A stretch of 63,909 nucleotides of DNA, filler included, from an uncultured bacterium (GTDB lineage Bacteria; B130-G9), in assembly GCA_965372715.1 (NCBI GenBank). It is 3 parts of 3 records of this genome, joined end to end, with 100 filler letters (N's around TTAATTAATTAA, not from the genome) between each part and the next. Parts side by side here need not be neighbours in the genome. Positions count along the whole stretch, not along the records: positions 1 to 23,247 come from CBDVDH010000058.1; 2 more parts are not named here. One strand, written 5' to 3'. Below, one piece after another: positions 1 to 7,789 of the stretch. Position 1 is the stretch's first letter. Every line of letters begins with the position of its first letter. Made by a program: the position numbers and the translations under genes. Under the pieces are notes generated by a model. That model was given only the letters and a program-made list of their open reading frames with translations. It was not told the DNA's origin and did no database searches.

Positions 1-19
1 GCGGCGGACGCACTCCAAA
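1..19. repeat. Right end of a TGGAGTGCG-type REP-like palindrome (truncated by window start)
   Basis: CGCACTCCAA is the reverse complement of TTGGAGTGCG, the head of the palindrome at 20261-20290. Confidence 0.4.
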
Positions 20-164
20 TGGCCCTGCCCGCAAGGCTCAATCTGATTTTTCGGGCAAGTCCCCTCCACTTGACTTTTTGCCCGCCGAATATCAGCTTCT
101 CCGCTATCAGTCGTCGCAGAGAATGGGACAGTCTGGCGAATGAACCTTCAACGCGTGAGGCGCG

Positions 165-827
165 ATGGGCGAGAGCATCAAGAGCAAGGCCGAGCGGCTT
201 AGTCGAATCTATTCGATTCTGGCGAGAGAATATCCCAATGCCGGGTTGAGGCTTAACTTCAGGACGCCGCTCGACCTGCTAGTTGCATCGATACTGGCGG
301 CGCAGTGCAGGGATGAACGCGTTAACGAGGTAACCTCTTTCCTTTTCGGCAAATACAAGACGGCCGCGGACTACGCGAATGCGGATGTTGCGACATTCGA
401 GCGTGAGATTGGAAGCGTCCCGATGTTTAGGCGCAAAACCCGGAGCATCAAGGCAGCGTGCGAGGCGCTGGTAGCCGGGCACGGTGGCGAGGCGCCGGCC
501 GATATCGATGCGCTGATAGCTTTGAAAGGAGTTGGCCGAAAGACGGCGAACCTTGTGCTTTCAAGCGCATTCGGGAAACCAGCGATCGTTGTCGATACAC
601 ACGTCATGCGGATCGCTGGGCGGCTTGGTCTCTCCGAAGAGATGGACCGCGACAAGATCGAACTGGACCTGATGAGGCTGCTTCCGGAAGATCGATGGTC
701 GCAACTTGCGCACCTTTTCTCCGCTCTTGGGCGCGATGTGTGCAAGGCGAGGGCGCCGAAATGCGAAGCCTGTCCGGTCGGCCAGCTGTGCCCATCGGTT
801 CAACGAAGCACGGGGCGACCTGATTGA
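165..827 (+). CDS. nth: Endonuclease III (HhH-GPD DNA glycosylase/AP lyase with 4Fe-4S cluster)
   Basis: LLVASILAAQCRDERVN, HhH LKGVGRKTANLVL, VDTHV, C-terminal Cx6Cx2Cx5C (CKARAPKCEACPVGQLC). Confidence 0.95.
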   Translation: MGESIKSKAERLSRIYSILAREYPNAGLRLNFRTPLDLLVASILAAQCRDERVNEVTSFLFGKYKTAADYANADVATFEREIGSVPMFRRKTRSIKAACEALVAGHGGEAPADIDALIALKGVGRKTANLVLSSAFGKPAIVVDTHVMRIAGRLGLSEEMDRDKIELDLMRLLPEDRWSQLAHLFSALGRDVCKARAPKCEACPVGQLCPSVQRSTGRPD

Positions 828-1843
828 GCTCTGCCCCGAAGACAATCATCCTCAGGGACATGCCGATGGTGCCGGTGGACCGGGGCCGGTGCGCGTTGGT
901 TTTGGCGCTTCAGACAGCGATGAAGTATCTCGGCCAGACCGTTGACTACGACTATCTGATGGGCGTGTCCGGAGCCGCTTTTCTGTTTTACGTGAACCGT
1001 GATCAACCAGTGGTTGCTGAGTGGTGCGAGGCGATGCGCGAGCGTTGGCTTCACATCATTTCGGACGCCCTTGGCCTGGAACTGCGGCTGGTCGATATGG
1101 ACAAGACTGCGTTCGACAGCGATCCCGAAGAGCATTTCCATACTCAATTCGGCAACGAGGTCATCGGCTCTCTCGAGGCGCGTCGTCCGTGCCTTGCCTA
1201 CAGCTGCTTTGAGGGGGGCAAGTGGGACATCATCACCGGCTTTTCTGATGGCCGACTGCTTTGCCGCAGTATCCACAATCCGGTGTCCACAAGCGGTCTG
1301 ATCGACCATATTCAGCCTTACGAATACAACACACTGTGGCCATCGAAGATAATCCTGATCGGTGAGAAGAAGAGGATCACTCCGCGAGTTGACCTGATCA
1401 GAAGGTCGCTCGAGGTTGGCCTCAAGATAGGACGTGGGCTGACGAATGGCCAGGGGCAAAAAACCCTGACCGGTCCTTGCGCGCTGAGCAGGTGGGCCGA
1501 TCTGCTCTGTGAGGAGCCTAATCGGGGCGCCGCGGAGGGACATCAACGGCTCAAGAGGACATTCATCGACTCGCGGCTATCACTGGAGCGGTTTCTCAGA
1601 TGGGTCCAATCTGAGCTCGGCCCGGAGCTCGGCCCAGAGGTGGGCTTCGCGAGGGAGCATTTTGCGAGGTCCTTCGAGATTTTGATGTCAATCGACATGA
1701 CAGATGAGGCGATGTCCGAAGAGGGTTCCAGACTGAGAATCGCCGACGACGTCAGGTCGCTCGAGGGGATCGAACGCCAGGCGTTCAGGCATCTTGAAAG
1801 GGTGCACGAGGGAATGAAGAGGAACTGGCAGGCGCTCGAATGA
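824..1843 (+). CDS. Hypothetical protein, possibly BtrH-N/papain-like N-terminal domain plus helical C-terminal domain
   Basis: 339-aa ORF whose TTG start overlaps the nth stop (TTGA); motif LGQTVDYDYLMGVSGAAF. Confidence 0.65.
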   Translation: MSSAPKTIILRDMPMVPVDRGRCALVLALQTAMKYLGQTVDYDYLMGVSGAAFLFYVNRDQPVVAEWCEAMRERWLHIISDALGLELRLVDMDKTAFDSDPEEHFHTQFGNEVIGSLEARRPCLAYSCFEGGKWDIITGFSDGRLLCRSIHNPVSTSGLIDHIQPYEYNTLWPSKIILIGEKKRITPRVDLIRRSLEVGLKIGRGLTNGQGQKTLTGPCALSRWADLLCEEPNRGAAEGHQRLKRTFIDSRLSLERFLRWVQSELGPELGPEVGFAREHFARSFEILMSIDMTDEAMSEEGSRLRIADDVRSLEGIERQAFRHLERVHEGMKRNWQALE

Positions 1844-2016
1844 ACGATCTCGGATTGAGCCCGCCGGGCAGACAAGCGTCTCACAACGATGGTCCCACAA
1901 GTCGTTTGGTGAGCATTCCGCTGTCCATTCGCAAGACAATGATATATCAGATTCGGTTGATTCTCAAGATCAACGAGCATCGTCTTCATTCGCGACATAA
2001 TCGTCGGAATTGGTCT

Positions 2017-2125
2017 GTAGGGGCGGTGTCTCAGACCCGCCCGCTTTATGGATTAAGAAGAATCCGACGTCGAGAGCTCAGCGATCAATTAGATAGAACG
2101 GGCGGGTCTGAGACCACGCCCCTAC
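2017..2125. repeat. GTAG-type REP doublet (REPIN-like), within a degenerate copy of the MITE at 61233-61496
   Basis: GTAGGGGCGGTGTCTCAGACCCGCCCG ... CGGGCGGGTCTGAGACCACGCCCCTAC; flank ~1890-2016 resembles the reverse complement of 61367-61490. Confidence 0.85.
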
Positions 2126-2128
2126 GAT

Positions 2129-2199
2129 GGCAGGCTGGAAAGCCCGCCACACACCGGCAGGCTGGAAAGCCCGCCCAACACCGGCGGACTGGAATAGCC
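2129..2199. repeat. Tandem 27-bp REP-like units (GGCAGGCTGGAAAGCCCGCC...)
   Basis: Two near-identical copies plus a degenerate third; same unit at 23676-23702. Confidence 0.8.
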
Positions 2200-2201
2200 T
2201 G

Positions 2202-3077
2202 ATGGCAGAAGAGAAAACCCCTGTAATATCGGTTGTCATCCCAGTGAAGGACGAGGCCGATTCGATCGCCTCGGTCATTGGATCAGTCAAAACCGCTCTT
2301 CAGGGTTACGACGGAGCCTACGAGATCGTGGCAGTCGATGACGGCTCCACCGACGGCAGCCGGGAGATAGCGCGGCAGGCCGGCGCCAGAGTGATCTCGC
2401 ACGCGACGGGACGAGGCTACGGCGCCGCTCTGAAGACAGGTATCAGAAACGCACGCGGCGATTCGATTGTGATAATCGACGGAGACGGGACGTATCCGGC
2501 GGAGGCGATTTGTGAGATGCTTGACGGGCTCGACTCGGCTGACATGGTTGTCGGCGCACGGGTCCGCAAGGGCGCAAAGGTCCCCCTTATCAGAAGACCC
2601 GCTAAATGGTTCCTTCAGCGGCTGGCCGGCTTCCTCTCTGGGGTGAAGATCCCGGACCTCAACTCCGGCCTTCGAGCCTTCAGGAGGCGGACTGCGGAGG
2701 ATTACCTTCGTGTGCTGCCGGATAGGTTTTCGTTCACCTCCACAATAACCCTCCTGATGATCGGCGACGGGAAATCGATAAAGTATGTGCCAATCGACTA
2801 CCACAAGCGCTCTGGGAGGTCTAAGATCGTGCCCAGCGACGCCTTCTCATTCCTTCTTCTGATCATAAGAACCATTATGTTCTTCAATCCGCTCAAGTTC
2901 TTCTTCCCTGTCGGACTCGTCGTATTCCTGGTGGGCGCGGTGAAGCTGTCCACCGACTACCTGATCTATGACAGACTTTCATCAACCTCCGTATTGCTGA
3001 TTCTGTCCGCCATCCAGCTCTGGGGCCTGGGCTTTCTGGCAGAACTGGTCTTGTTCCTCGAACAGCGAAGGAAATGA
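2202..3077 (+). CDS. Glycosyltransferase family 2 (DPM1-like) with C-terminal TM helices
   Basis: ISVVIPVKDE, VDDGSTD, GYGAALKTG, DxD (IDGDG), PDLNSGLRAFR; start moved to ATG 2202 because the upstream frame is repeat-derived. Confidence 0.92.
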   Translation: MAEEKTPVISVVIPVKDEADSIASVIGSVKTALQGYDGAYEIVAVDDGSTDGSREIARQAGARVISHATGRGYGAALKTGIRNARGDSIVIIDGDGTYPAEAICEMLDGLDSADMVVGARVRKGAKVPLIRRPAKWFLQRLAGFLSGVKIPDLNSGLRAFRRRTAEDYLRVLPDRFSFTSTITLLMIGDGKSIKYVPIDYHKRSGRSKIVPSDAFSFLLLIIRTIMFFNPLKFFFPVGLVVFLVGAVKLSTDYLIYDRLSSTSVLLILSAIQLWGLGFLAELVLFLEQRRK

Positions 3078-3087
3078 ATCTCTCTCC

Positions 3088-4977
3088 ATGTGCGGTATCT
3101 GCGGCATAATCACGGCGTCCGGATGCAAGGTTGACCCGGCTCTTCTGGACCGGATGACCGATCTGATGCGCCACCGGGGTCCGGATGAGCGCGGCGTCTG
3201 GCTCAATTCGGCGGGTAGTGTCGGGCTTGGCGCCAGAAGGCTCAGCATAATTGGCCTCGCAAACGGGCGCCAGCCGATAGCCAACGAGGACAGAAGCTGC
3301 ATTCTTGTCGCCAACGGAGAGATCTACAACTACGAGGTCCTCAAGAATGACCTGATGAGCCGAGGTCACGTTTTCTCGACCGATACGGACATCGAGGTCA
3401 TCCTGCATCTTTACGAAGAAATGGGACCAGACCTCGCGAATCTCCTCAACGGGATGTTCGCCTTTGCCATCTGGGACGAGAAACGGCGCCGACTTGTCTT
3501 GACCCGCGATCGGCTCGGCATCAAGCCGCTCTTCTACACCCGCCTGGCGGACCGCACCATTTTTGCATCTGAGATGAAATCGATTATCTGCGACCGAGGC
3601 GTGCCCCGTGAGATCGACTTGCAGGCGATGCACGATTACTTCAGCTTCGACTACGTGCCCGGCCAGCAGACTATTTTCAAGGGGATTCAAAAGGTCCCAC
3701 CGGGCAGCACAGTTGTGTTTGAGGATGAGAACATCCTGACGAAACGCTACTGGGACATGTCATTTCAGCCCAACGAGACATTGGAGCCGATAGAATACTA
3801 CGAAGAGCGGGTCAGGGAACTACTCGCCGAATCGGTTCGCAGGCGACTCATGAGCGAGGTGCCGGTCGGTGTTCTACTCTCTGGTGGAATGGATTCAAGC
3901 GCGATCGCGGCCTACATGGCACAGCAGGCCTCCGAGCGGATAAGGACGTTCTCGATCGGGTTCGAGGACGCCTCATTCAACGAGCTTCCCTACGCCAGAA
4001 TGGTCGCCAAGGAGTTAGACACCGAGCACTACGAGATGGTGGTTGGCGCAAAGGACGTGCTTGATGTGCTCGCCTCGCATATCCAGTTCATAGACGAACC
4101 CTACGCGGATGGCGCCGCGATTCCCACCTACTACGTCTGCAAGATAGCCAGTGAAAAGGTAACCGTAGTTCTCTCGGGCGAGGGAGGCGACGAGATTTTC
4201 GCCGGATACGACACACACGCCGCCTATCGCCTCGCATCGTCGTTTCGCAAGGTTCCGAGGGGCGTCAGAGACCACGTCCTGCGACCGTTGATCGGCCTTT
4301 TGCCGGTATCCGAAAAGAAGATCAGCTTCGAGTTTAGGGCTAAGAGATTCATAAGCGGCGTCTCGCTGCCGATCCCGCAGGCGCATCTTTTTTGGCGCAT
4401 TGTTCTATCGGAGGTCGAGAAGATGAGCCTCTACTCGCCCGAGTTGAGGGAAAGGGCTATGCCTGAGGCCTCCGAACGGATTTTCACTCGGCTATTCGAC
4501 TCATGTCCCGCAAAGGACCCTCTCAACCGGCTCTTATACATCGACAGCAAGGTCTTCTTGCCGGACGACCTCTTTGTCAAGAACGACAGGATGAGCATGG
4601 CTCATAGTATTGAGGCGCGTGTCCCAATGACCGATCCTGACCTCGTCGCGTTCATGGGCGCCGTGCCCGTAGGCGTCAAGATGAGAGGCCTGCAAAAAAA
4701 GGCGCTCCTGCGAAAGGCGATGCGGGGGATACTTCCCGCCCCAATCGTCCGCAAGAAAAAGGTAGGCTTCGACATGCCATTCGGCAAGTGGCTCAAGAAC
4801 GAGTTCTACGACTTCATGATGGACGCTTTTGGGAGCCGGAAACTCAGAGAAGCTGACCTCTTCGAGTGGGGCTTTGTGGATAGGTTGATCGAGGATCACA
4901 AGGCCAATCGCCGCGACAACGCCCGGCCGCTCTGGGGCATCCTCAATTTCGCTCTCTGGTACGACGCCTATATGTAG
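3088..4977 (+). CDS. asnB: Asparagine synthase (glutamine-hydrolysing), LtsA/WbpS-like amidotransferase
   Basis: N-terminal MCGICG, HRGPDE, NGEIYN, LSGGMDSS, LSGEGGDEIFAGY, DRMSMAHSIEARVP. Confidence 0.95.
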   Translation: MCGICGIITASGCKVDPALLDRMTDLMRHRGPDERGVWLNSAGSVGLGARRLSIIGLANGRQPIANEDRSCILVANGEIYNYEVLKNDLMSRGHVFSTDTDIEVILHLYEEMGPDLANLLNGMFAFAIWDEKRRRLVLTRDRLGIKPLFYTRLADRTIFASEMKSIICDRGVPREIDLQAMHDYFSFDYVPGQQTIFKGIQKVPPGSTVVFEDENILTKRYWDMSFQPNETLEPIEYYEERVRELLAESVRRRLMSEVPVGVLLSGGMDSSAIAAYMAQQASERIRTFSIGFEDASFNELPYARMVAKELDTEHYEMVVGAKDVLDVLASHIQFIDEPYADGAAIPTYYVCKIASEKVTVVLSGEGGDEIFAGYDTHAAYRLASSFRKVPRGVRDHVLRPLIGLLPVSEKKISFEFRAKRFISGVSLPIPQAHLFWRIVLSEVEKMSLYSPELRERAMPEASERIFTRLFDSCPAKDPLNRLLYIDSKVFLPDDLFVKNDRMSMAHSIEARVPMTDPDLVAFMGAVPVGVKMRGLQKKALLRKAMRGILPAPIVRKKKVGFDMPFGKWLKNEFYDFMMDAFGSRKLREADLFEWGFVDRLIEDHKANRRDNARPLWGILNFALWYDAYM

Positions 4978-4999
4978 ATATGTTTCGACGCTTAAGTTC

Positions 5000-5116
5000 T
5001 CACCACAGAGACACAGAGAAAGCAGGAAGCTAGACTCTTGTCAGAGTTGCAGGAATCTGCGTAAGGCTTAACTATCCCAATACCTTTTCTACCTTTTCTC
5101 TGTGTCTCTGTGGTGA
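5000..5116. repeat. 22-bp perfect inverted repeat (CACCACAGAGACACAGAG family) with 73-bp spacer
   Basis: TCACCACAGAGACACAGAGAAA (5000-5021) / TTTCTCTGTGTCTCTGTGGTGA (5095-5116). Confidence 0.85.
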
Positions 5117-5258
5117 AAAAAGCGACCGGAAAGCTTTCAGGTTGCCCGTGTCGTCGTGGAAACCATTTGCAATCAACGACCAATCTAACTACCTTACATC
5201 AAAGTCACATTTTGGCGTAGAAAGTACTTCAGTAACCGCAGTTGTGGAGGCAAGCCTC

Positions 5259-6161
5259 GTGAACAGAAGAACATTTCTTAAGCTGGGCGGCATCTCTGCG
5301 CTATGTTCCCTATTTGCGCCTCGTCTAGTGAGGCGAGCCGCGGCGCAGGATGATGAGCCCAATTATTGGATTGGAAGCAGGTATTTCATTCAGGACACCG
5401 TGGAGACGGGCGATTTGCCCGAGCGGATATGGGCCAGGATCGATGGCGCCTGGCACGTCTATCCGTCGCGAGAGCTGCCACAGGAGTTTGTGGACTGGAA
5501 CCTCAGCTCGAGGATTGAGATGCTGGAGGACATGCTGAGTGGCCAGATGGATATAAGCTTCGACGGCCCTCATAACGCGGCGGTTGCGACGGTCTCACGG
5601 TTCGGCCGAGGGGACAGCGACTTTCTGATCAATAATGCGTATAAGGGCATGGGCATGGTCCCCAAGCCGGACCGCATCGAGGAGATCATCGACCGCCTGA
5701 ACATGACTCAGGACCACTCCATGAGCGCGAAGCTTCAGATACTCATCGGCAACTACTCCGATGAGACGATCTGGGACAGGACCAAGCAAGGCTCCTTGGA
5801 GCTTTACAGCTCGTCCGCGTTTGAGACCCACAGCTTCAGGAATCAGATGCGCAATCCCATCTCGACGGTCGTGTTCTTGGATTCCACGTCGTATGAGCTC
5901 AGGACAATCGCGCGGCTCATGCACGCTAACGACCCCACGCTGAACGAAGATGAACGCAAGATGGTCGAATACGTCAATACCGTCCACGCCTACTTCCACG
6001 GCGGGCCGACGGACATCACTACGGCCATTTACTACGTGATCGAGGTCTTCGACAATTCCCCGGGCCAATACAGGGCAGGAAGCAGAGTTGTGCCGCCCCT
6101 GGATAGGGCAAAAGGCCTCAAGCGGCCCGAAAAGCAGAAGCTACAAGCGATCGGATACTAA
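5259..6161 (+). CDS. Tat-exported protein, probable FMN-binding split-barrel (PNPOx-like) domain
   Basis: GGAGG RBS then GTG; twin-arginine signal NRRTFLK...AAA; C-terminal SLELY...THSFRN...NP..TVVF...SYELR...VIEVFDNSP pattern. Confidence 0.7.
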   Translation: MNRRTFLKLGGISALCSLFAPRLVRRAAAQDDEPNYWIGSRYFIQDTVETGDLPERIWARIDGAWHVYPSRELPQEFVDWNLSSRIEMLEDMLSGQMDISFDGPHNAAVATVSRFGRGDSDFLINNAYKGMGMVPKPDRIEEIIDRLNMTQDHSMSAKLQILIGNYSDETIWDRTKQGSLELYSSSAFETHSFRNQMRNPISTVVFLDSTSYELRTIARLMHANDPTLNEDERKMVEYVNTVHAYFHGGPTDITTAIYYVIEVFDNSPGQYRAGSRVVPPLDRAKGLKRPEKQKLQAIGY

Positions 6162-6192
6162 CCCCAGACACGACACTCAGGAGCGAATAACA

Positions 6193-7251
6193 ATGAATAA
6201 GATACGTATTGGATGTTGCACAGTCCTTACTCTAATCGCGTTGCATACAGCTGTTCTGGCGCAGACCCCGCGCGTCGAGGTTACAACCGATAGCGGCGCC
6301 TATTACTTCGGCGACAGCGGTGACGTTATTCTATCGGTGACCAACGGCCCGGAAGAGCATTCCGTGGACTTCTATCTCGCGCTGCTGGGGCCGGATGGGA
6401 TGCCGTATTTCTATCCTGACTGGGCCAACGTGATGCTGCCGGCCTTGAGCGGCGTCGTGCTTCCGCCGAACTTCTCGATGGCGCCGTTCGTCTATTTCAC
6501 GTTCCCCATTCCAGGCAGCGACCCACCCATCCTCTCTGACGGAGCGTTTGCGTTTGCGACGGCGTTCACAGAGGCCGGCTCGACCGACATCATTCAGGAT
6601 ATAAGCTTCGCCTACTTCGATGTCTCATCGGAGTCGCAGGGCTGTCTGCCTGGCATGGTTCGCATCCCGGCCGGAAACTTCACTATGGGCGACGAATCAG
6701 GCGTGGGCTATATAGATGAATACCCTCTGCACGACGTCTATCTCGACTCGTTCTGCATAGACGTCTATGAGTATCCCAACACGGCTGGTTCAGTCCCCGA
6801 CGCGGGCCTGAGCTGGATTGAGGCGGACTCACTTTGCACCCAGCAGGGCAAGTGGCTCTGTTCCGAGGCGCAGTGGGAGAAGGCGTGCCAGGGGCCTTTG
6901 GGCTCAATCTACCCATACGGCGATTGGTATGACAACGTCAGGTGTTGGACTGAGGCGGGCTACAACGACGGTGAGCCAGGCGAATCGGGCCGCAGAAGCC
7001 GATGCGTGAACGTCTATGGCTTGTTCGACATGAGCGGCAACGCATGGGAGTGGGTCGGCGATTACTACGACGCTGAGTATTACTCCTCGTCGCCATACGA
7101 GAACCCAACCGGTCCGTTCGTCGGCAGCGGCAAGGTCATGAGAGGCGGCGCCTGGTTCCATGGAGGCCTCGCCAGTCGATGCTCCTTCCGCGCCGCGTAT
7201 GACCCCGAGCGGGGCCGATTCGGCGCCGGCGTCCGCTGCTGCGCTGATTGA
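6193..7251 (+). CDS. Secreted FGE-sulfatase (SUMF1/EgtB/PvdO family) protein with N-terminal Ig-like repeat domain
   Basis: Signal peptide; MVRIPAGNFTMG, EAQWEKAC, NVYGLFDMSGNAWEWV, RGGAW, RCSFR, GVRCC. Confidence 0.88.
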   Translation: MNKIRIGCCTVLTLIALHTAVLAQTPRVEVTTDSGAYYFGDSGDVILSVTNGPEEHSVDFYLALLGPDGMPYFYPDWANVMLPALSGVVLPPNFSMAPFVYFTFPIPGSDPPILSDGAFAFATAFTEAGSTDIIQDISFAYFDVSSESQGCLPGMVRIPAGNFTMGDESGVGYIDEYPLHDVYLDSFCIDVYEYPNTAGSVPDAGLSWIEADSLCTQQGKWLCSEAQWEKACQGPLGSIYPYGDWYDNVRCWTEAGYNDGEPGESGRRSRCVNVYGLFDMSGNAWEWVGDYYDAEYYSSSPYENPTGPFVGSGKVMRGGAWFHGGLASRCSFRAAYDPERGRFGAGVRCCAD

Positions 7252-7266
7252 CCGAATGCGTCTGGT

Positions 7267-7378
7267 GTAGGGGCGGCTCACGAGCCGCCCTACATCTGAA
7301 TCGGCCTGTAGGGGTGCCGCTTGCTGCACCCGCCTTCAATTTGTGGAACGCACAGGGCGGGGCAAGCGCCGCCCCTAC
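7267..7378. repeat. Cluster of GTAG-type REPs
   Basis: GTAGGGGCGGCTCACGAGCCGCCCTAC (7267-7293) and doublet GTAGGGGTGCCGCTTGCTGCACCC...GGGCGGGGCAAGCGCCGCCCCTAC (7308-7378). Confidence 0.85.
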
Positions 7379-7447
7379 GGCGGGTTTGACCCTGGATTGT
7401 AGGCAACATGACTGCGCTATTGCCCATCCCGCCCAGGTGCGGCCAGG

Positions 7448-7661
7448 TCGCCCGGCTTCAGCCGAGGCGACAGGTTGGCTATCATTGTATTAACTCCCGA
7501 TTTCAATCGGGAGACTCCAGAACTCGACACCCTCCTCTCCATCCTACTCAGATCAAGATTTCAGAGAAGAGGAGGGATGCGACTCGCCTTCCAGACCACC
7601 CGACTCGAAGTCGGGTGTTAATACAATGATAGCCATCCACAAAACCGCGTTGAAACGCGGT
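7448..7661. repeat. Nested inverted-repeat (MITE/REP-like) element between convergent genes
   Basis: 18-bp perfect IR GGCTATCATTGTATTAAC (7477-7494) / GTTAATACAATGATAGCC (7617-7634) with internal and flanking hairpins. Confidence 0.7.
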
Positions 7662-7789
7662 CGAGATGACAGCGAGTCACCTACCTACGATCCAAGGTCA
7701 CACCGCCCCTACAACACCCGACGCCCACCTATGGAACAACCCTATTGGGCTGCTTCACCATTTCGACAGCAAAGCAATCCCCTATGAAC

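Noticed and set aside
2129-2199. Possible CRISPR mini-array (also 15655-15711)
   Set aside because: Head-to-tail repeats without unique spacers, REP-derived, and no cas genes
2893-3690. Long antisense/alternate-frame ORFs (e.g. 800-1546, 2893-3690, 9842-10708, 18111-18875, 43564-44481, 50579-51403)
   Set aside because: They overlap well-supported genes and are expected shadows in GC-rich DNA
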